Below, piece after piece: positions 60,383 through 64,000 of a DNA stretch of 64,000 nt. A program made the translations under genes and the position numbers. Origin of the DNA: an uncultured delta proteobacterium (GTDB taxonomy: Bacteria; Myxococcota_A; Polyangia; Polyangiales; Houyiibacteriaceae). The notes beneath the pieces are model-generated. The model worked only from the letters and a program-made list of their open reading frames with translations. It was not told the origin of the DNA and did no database searches. The stretch's first letter is position 1, and every line of letters begins with the position of its first letter. The stretch lies in the NCBI GenBank assembly GCA_963699755.1, contig CAVOVB010000007.1, positions 32,001 to 96,000 of the forward strand, in the 5' to 3' direction.

Positions 60383-60688
60383 GACTGGTAGCGAGGTAGC
60401 GTACTCGGGGGGTTTAGACCAGGCATGCGGGCCCTCACGATCGACGCCAGCCTCTCATTCTCCGCCTTCATGCAGCTCAGCGGACGACTCGGCTGGAGCG
60501 AAAGCCTTTGCAGACCTACACCACGGCGACGTCTCGTCCAAGGCAGCTCGGCCGCGCTTGCTCCGACGAATTTGTTGCGCGCGGGATGCATCGAGGCGCA
60601 GCAAATGCAGACCTGCCCCGACACCTCTCGAGAAACTGGGGGTTTTCTGATGGCACACGAATTGCGTTGCCTTGCGAACGGAGGATCG

Positions 60689-61750
60689 ATGCGCGCTCTA
60701 CTGAAGGTCTCGATGCTGGTAGCCCTCGGCTTTGTCTTGTCCATCGGCTGTGGGGGAGGCTCGTCCGATCAAGGTTCGGGTGGTGGAGGAGGCACGGGGG
60801 GCGGCGCAGGCGCAGGTGGTTCTGGCGGCGACGGCGGCTCGGGCGGCGATATCGGCGCTCGATTTTCACAGCTGAGCGCCGCGCACGACCACACCTGCGG
60901 TTTGTTTCGAGACGGATCGGTCGATTGCTGGGGGATCGACCTGCATGCAGCCGATGCGACTCCCATCGGATTTACCTTCGAGGCCATACAAACGACCACG
61001 AGCTACACCTGCGCGCTCGAAATTGAACACACGCTCGAGTGCTGGGGAGAAGGAGATGGAGTCGCACCGCCCGATGGCGAACTCTTCGAAGCCATCGCGC
61101 TCGGCTTCAATCACGGGTGCGGCCTGCGTGCCGACGGAACGGTCCGATGCTGGGGCGGCGCGACGAGCGACGATCAATGCGGGAACAACGAATACAATTG
61201 CGGCCATGGGATCTCCCCCGCTGGCGCGTTCAGCCAAATCGCCGCCGGGCACTACAGCAACTGCGGCCTGACGACCGATGGCGCTATCGATTGCTGGGGC
61301 GCCGGCCAGACCGATGACTCGATCGCTCCGAATTGGGGCCAGGGCATCGCACCGGCGGGCACCTTCGTGAGCATCTTCGCCGGAGTCTGGCACTACTGCG
61401 CCTTAGACGCGTCCGGAGCGGCGACCTGCTGGGGCGCAGGGACCTCCAATGATTCGTGTGGCGGAGCGAACCTTCATTGCGGCCAAGCGATCCCACCCGA
61501 CCAGACGGGCTTCAAAACGCTAGGACTGGGCTGGTTGCACAGCTGCGGCGTGCGAACCGACAACAGCACGATCTGCTGGGGAACCGATCGACTCGGCTCC
61601 GGCGATCTCGAACCGCCGGCGGGCGCGGTGTTCGAGCAACTCACAGCGGGCAAGAACCACAGCTGCGGGGTCCGGGCAGATGGAACCGCCGTCTGTTGGG
61701 GCTATGTTCCCTGCGGAGGCGCCGGACAAGACCCGTGCGGCACCCCGTAA
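60689..61750 (+). CDS. RCC1/BLIP-II-like repeat lipoprotein
   Basis: GGAGG RBS, SIGC lipobox, Gly-rich linker, seven repeats of the H.C.L...G...CWG type. Confidence 0.85.
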   Translation: MRALLKVSMLVALGFVLSIGCGGGSSDQGSGGGGGTGGGAGAGGSGGDGGSGGDIGARFSQLSAAHDHTCGLFRDGSVDCWGIDLHAADATPIGFTFEAIQTTTSYTCALEIEHTLECWGEGDGVAPPDGELFEAIALGFNHGCGLRADGTVRCWGGATSDDQCGNNEYNCGHGISPAGAFSQIAAGHYSNCGLTTDGAIDCWGAGQTDDSIAPNWGQGIAPAGTFVSIFAGVWHYCALDASGAATCWGAGTSNDSCGGANLHCGQAIPPDQTGFKTLGLGWLHSCGVRTDNSTICWGTDRLGSGDLEPPAGAVFEQLTAGKNHSCGVRADGTAVCWGYVPCGGAGQDPCGTP

Positions 61751-61991
61751 CCGTTTCGCTAGGAGTCAGCGTCGAGGATCGGAGCGTCGCCCACAATGCG
61801 CCCGGCACAGTCGTCGTGTAGGTCAGCCGAGTAAGCCAAGCTGTCAGTCATGTCGCATGTCTCGCCGAACTGGCTGGCTGTAGCGGACGTCGCAATTTTG
61901 GGTTACCAGCATATACAGAGATGCTCAGCACCAAGTCGCCCGTCAGTCTCAGATTCGTCCCGGAAAACCCAACATTCGAGGTGACCGCCCC

Positions 61992-63131
61992 ATGAGGCCC
62001 GTCTCAACCCTGCTGCTCTCGCTATGTCTGCTGAGCGCAAGCTGCAATGATGAGGGTTGCGGCGCCGGCGGCTGCAGCAGTACGGCAGCACCGGCCGATA
62101 TCCGTCTCCAAGTCGATGACTTCATTTCCGGCCTCGAAAAGCCATGGGACATCGCCTGGCTGCCAAACGGGACGGTTCTGGTGACGGAGCGTCCCGGCCG
62201 TCTCAACCTGTACGTGGACGGCATCGACGCGGCGCCCTTCGTCATTGCACCAAAGGACGTGGTTCCCCGCGGCGAGGGCGGCATGATGGGCCTCGAAGTC
62301 GACCCGAGCTTCGACGACAACGGCTACGTATACGTCTGCGCCACATCGGACGCTGGCGGCAGCAACGACGTTCGACTGATCCGATTCACCTTGCGCACGC
62401 CAGACGGCCGCGCGGTGCTCGCGCGCGAGGATATCGTGGTCGGTATGCCGTACAGCACGGGCCGACACAGCGGTTGCCGGCCGCGCTTTGGGCCGAACGG
62501 TTTCTTGTGGGTCGGTACAGGTGACGCGGCGGTCGGTACCAGCCCGCAAGACGAGAGCTCTCTCGGCGGTAAGGTGCTGCGAATCGATCGCAACGGCATG
62601 GCGGCTACGGAAAACGCGAACGGATCTCTGTGGTACTCCAAAGGACATCGCAACGTTCAGGGCCTCGCATTCCGCTCCGACGGCGTCGGCATCTCCACCG
62701 AGCACGGTCCTAGTGTCGATGATGAGCTCAATTCACTCGTAGCGGGCAACTTCGGCTGGGACCCGGTCCCCGGCTACAACGAATCGGTTCCGATGACCGA
62801 CCTCGGGAAGTTCCCTGACGCGGTGCCGGCTGTCTGGTCGAGCGGCTCGCCCACGCTCGCGCTTGCGGGCGCGACCTTCCTCGAGGGAAGCGCATGGGGC
62901 GAATGGGATGGGGTGCTCGCCGTGGCCACTTTGAAGGCCAGGCATCTGCACATCTACTTCGTCGACCCCAAAGGCCGAGTGACGGGCGAAGAGCGCACCA
63001 TCGGCGACCAGGGTCGGCTTCGCACACCCCGGCAAGGCCCCGATGGCCTTCTCTACATCACGAATGACGGCGAAAGCGGTCGCGGCAAAGTTCTGCGCGT
63101 CACCCCGATCCCCGTCTCGCCAGCGAGCTAG
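61992..63131 (+). CDS. PQQ-dependent sugar dehydrogenase (GSDH family), probable lipoprotein
   Basis: GL..PW...LP.G..LVTER.GRL, GEGG..G, H.G....FGP.G, GHRNVQG, EHGP..DDELN, GRLR. Confidence 0.9.
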   Translation: MRPVSTLLLSLCLLSASCNDEGCGAGGCSSTAAPADIRLQVDDFISGLEKPWDIAWLPNGTVLVTERPGRLNLYVDGIDAAPFVIAPKDVVPRGEGGMMGLEVDPSFDDNGYVYVCATSDAGGSNDVRLIRFTLRTPDGRAVLAREDIVVGMPYSTGRHSGCRPRFGPNGFLWVGTGDAAVGTSPQDESSLGGKVLRIDRNGMAATENANGSLWYSKGHRNVQGLAFRSDGVGISTEHGPSVDDELNSLVAGNFGWDPVPGYNESVPMTDLGKFPDAVPAVWSSGSPTLALAGATFLEGSAWGEWDGVLAVATLKARHLHIYFVDPKGRVTGEERTIGDQGRLRTPRQGPDGLLYITNDGESGRGKVLRVTPIPVSPAS

Positions 63132-63142
63132 GCGCTCAGCCG

Positions 63143-64000
63143 ATGAGTGACCCGTATTACGCAATCGTCAACAGAGTCGCGGGTGGCGGACGATGCCGGA
63201 AAGCCTTCCCGGACTCGCTCGAGGCGTTGATGCGTCGCGGGCTGGAGCTGGACGTCGCGTTTACCGAAAGACCCATACACGCCACAGAGCTGGCGCGGCG
63301 CGCGGCGAACCATGGCCGCAGGCGGTTCCTATCGGTAGGGGGTGACGGGACCGCGGCCGAAATCGTCAACGGACTCATCGCAGCCGGCGCAGCGCACGAA
63401 TGCGAGCTTGCCATGCTTCCGCTCGGCACAGGAAACTCCTTCCTGCGCGATTTCGGAATCACGGACGCGAACCTGGCAGCCGAGGCCATCGCTAGAGGAG
63501 AGAGTCAGCCGCTGGACGTGCTCCGCCTGACCCACGAGGACGGCGTCATTCACTTCATCAACACGATGGGGACTGGCTTCGTCGCTCGTGCCGGAGAGCT
63601 CACCAACGCACGTTTCAAGTTCCTGGGCGCCGCTGGGTACATCGCTGCGGTTCTGGTTTGCGTCGTGCGGCTTGAGTACGAAGAGAACACGCTCCGCTAT
63701 GCGGGCACTACGGACGAGGCGCGCACGGTGTTGACCTCCTTCTCGAACAGCCAATACACCGGTGGTTCGATGCGCATGGCCCCCGATGCCCAGGTCGCCG
63801 ACGGCCTGCTCGACCTCGTCCGGGCGGGCCCGCTCCGAAGGGCTGCGTTGATCGCGGCGTTCGCCCGCATCTTTTCGGGCACGCACACCGATCTCGATGA
63901 GGTATGGACGCGGCAGGTCGATCGGGTCGAGTTCGTGAACCCGTCATTTCAAGCGGTTCTCATCGATGGAGATCTTCATCACCTCACACCACTTTCGATC
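63143..64000 (+). CDS. Diacylglycerol/lipid kinase family protein (runs off the window end)
   Basis: Manual translation MSDPYYAIVN..AGGG...VGGDGT..E.VNG...LPLGTGNSF...N..YTGG.M..AP.A...DG. Confidence 0.85.
   Translation, partial: MSDPYYAIVNRVAGGGRCRKAFPDSLEALMRRGLELDVAFTERPIHATELARRAANHGRRRFLSVGGDGTAAEIVNGLIAAGAAHECELAMLPLGTGNSFLRDFGITDANLAAEAIARGESQPLDVLRLTHEDGVIHFINTMGTGFVARAGELTNARFKFLGAAGYIAAVLVCVVRLEYEENTLRYAGTTDEARTVLTSFSNSQYTGGSMRMAPDAQVADGLLDLVRAGPLRRAALIAAFARIFSGTHTDLDEVWTRQVDRVEFVNPSFQAVLIDGDLHHLTPLSI

Noticed and set aside
61826..61858. GCCGA...TCATGTCGCAT, resembling the right arm of the core
   Set aside because: The left arm does not match and neither box I nor box III is at the expected spacing

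Overview
GC-rich bacterial DNA. Gly-rich lipoproteins, a TonB_C-fused receptor, the HUH transposase type and the crt genes suggest Myxococcota; this is an inference. About 1-8 kb holds redox, K+ efflux and sulfur genes. About 8-34 kb is a mosaic accessory region with nested IS30 and IS1202-type elements, an HUH (RAYT/IS200-like) transposase, a neutral ceramidase, a relaxase/MobC pair beside a tRNA-Leu 3' att fragment, TetR-regulated hydrolases, USP, a P-type ATPase, many truncated gene scraps and a TonB-dependent uptake operon. About 34-52 kb is an oxidative/light-stress block: fur-katG, a PhrB-type photolyase, NDH-2, and lycopene cyclase-crtI-crtB divergent from a crtU-like gene with a CarH-type operator between them. 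About 52-64 kb is housekeeping and lipid genes. The most notable signal is non-coding: a family of ~90-115 bp tripartite elements (box I CTCTTAGCCCATCG, a dif/XerCD-like core, and box III CGCNTTTG). Seven loci, complete or partial, occur between 8.27 and 33.85 kb. They sit at junctions between unrelated, often truncated modules, appear mosaic across the core, and one is split by an IS1202-type element inserted 5 bp from the XerC-like arm. This looks like a chromosomal Xer-site gene-shuffling array; the mechanism is inferred, not shown. All calls come from manual reading without database searches.
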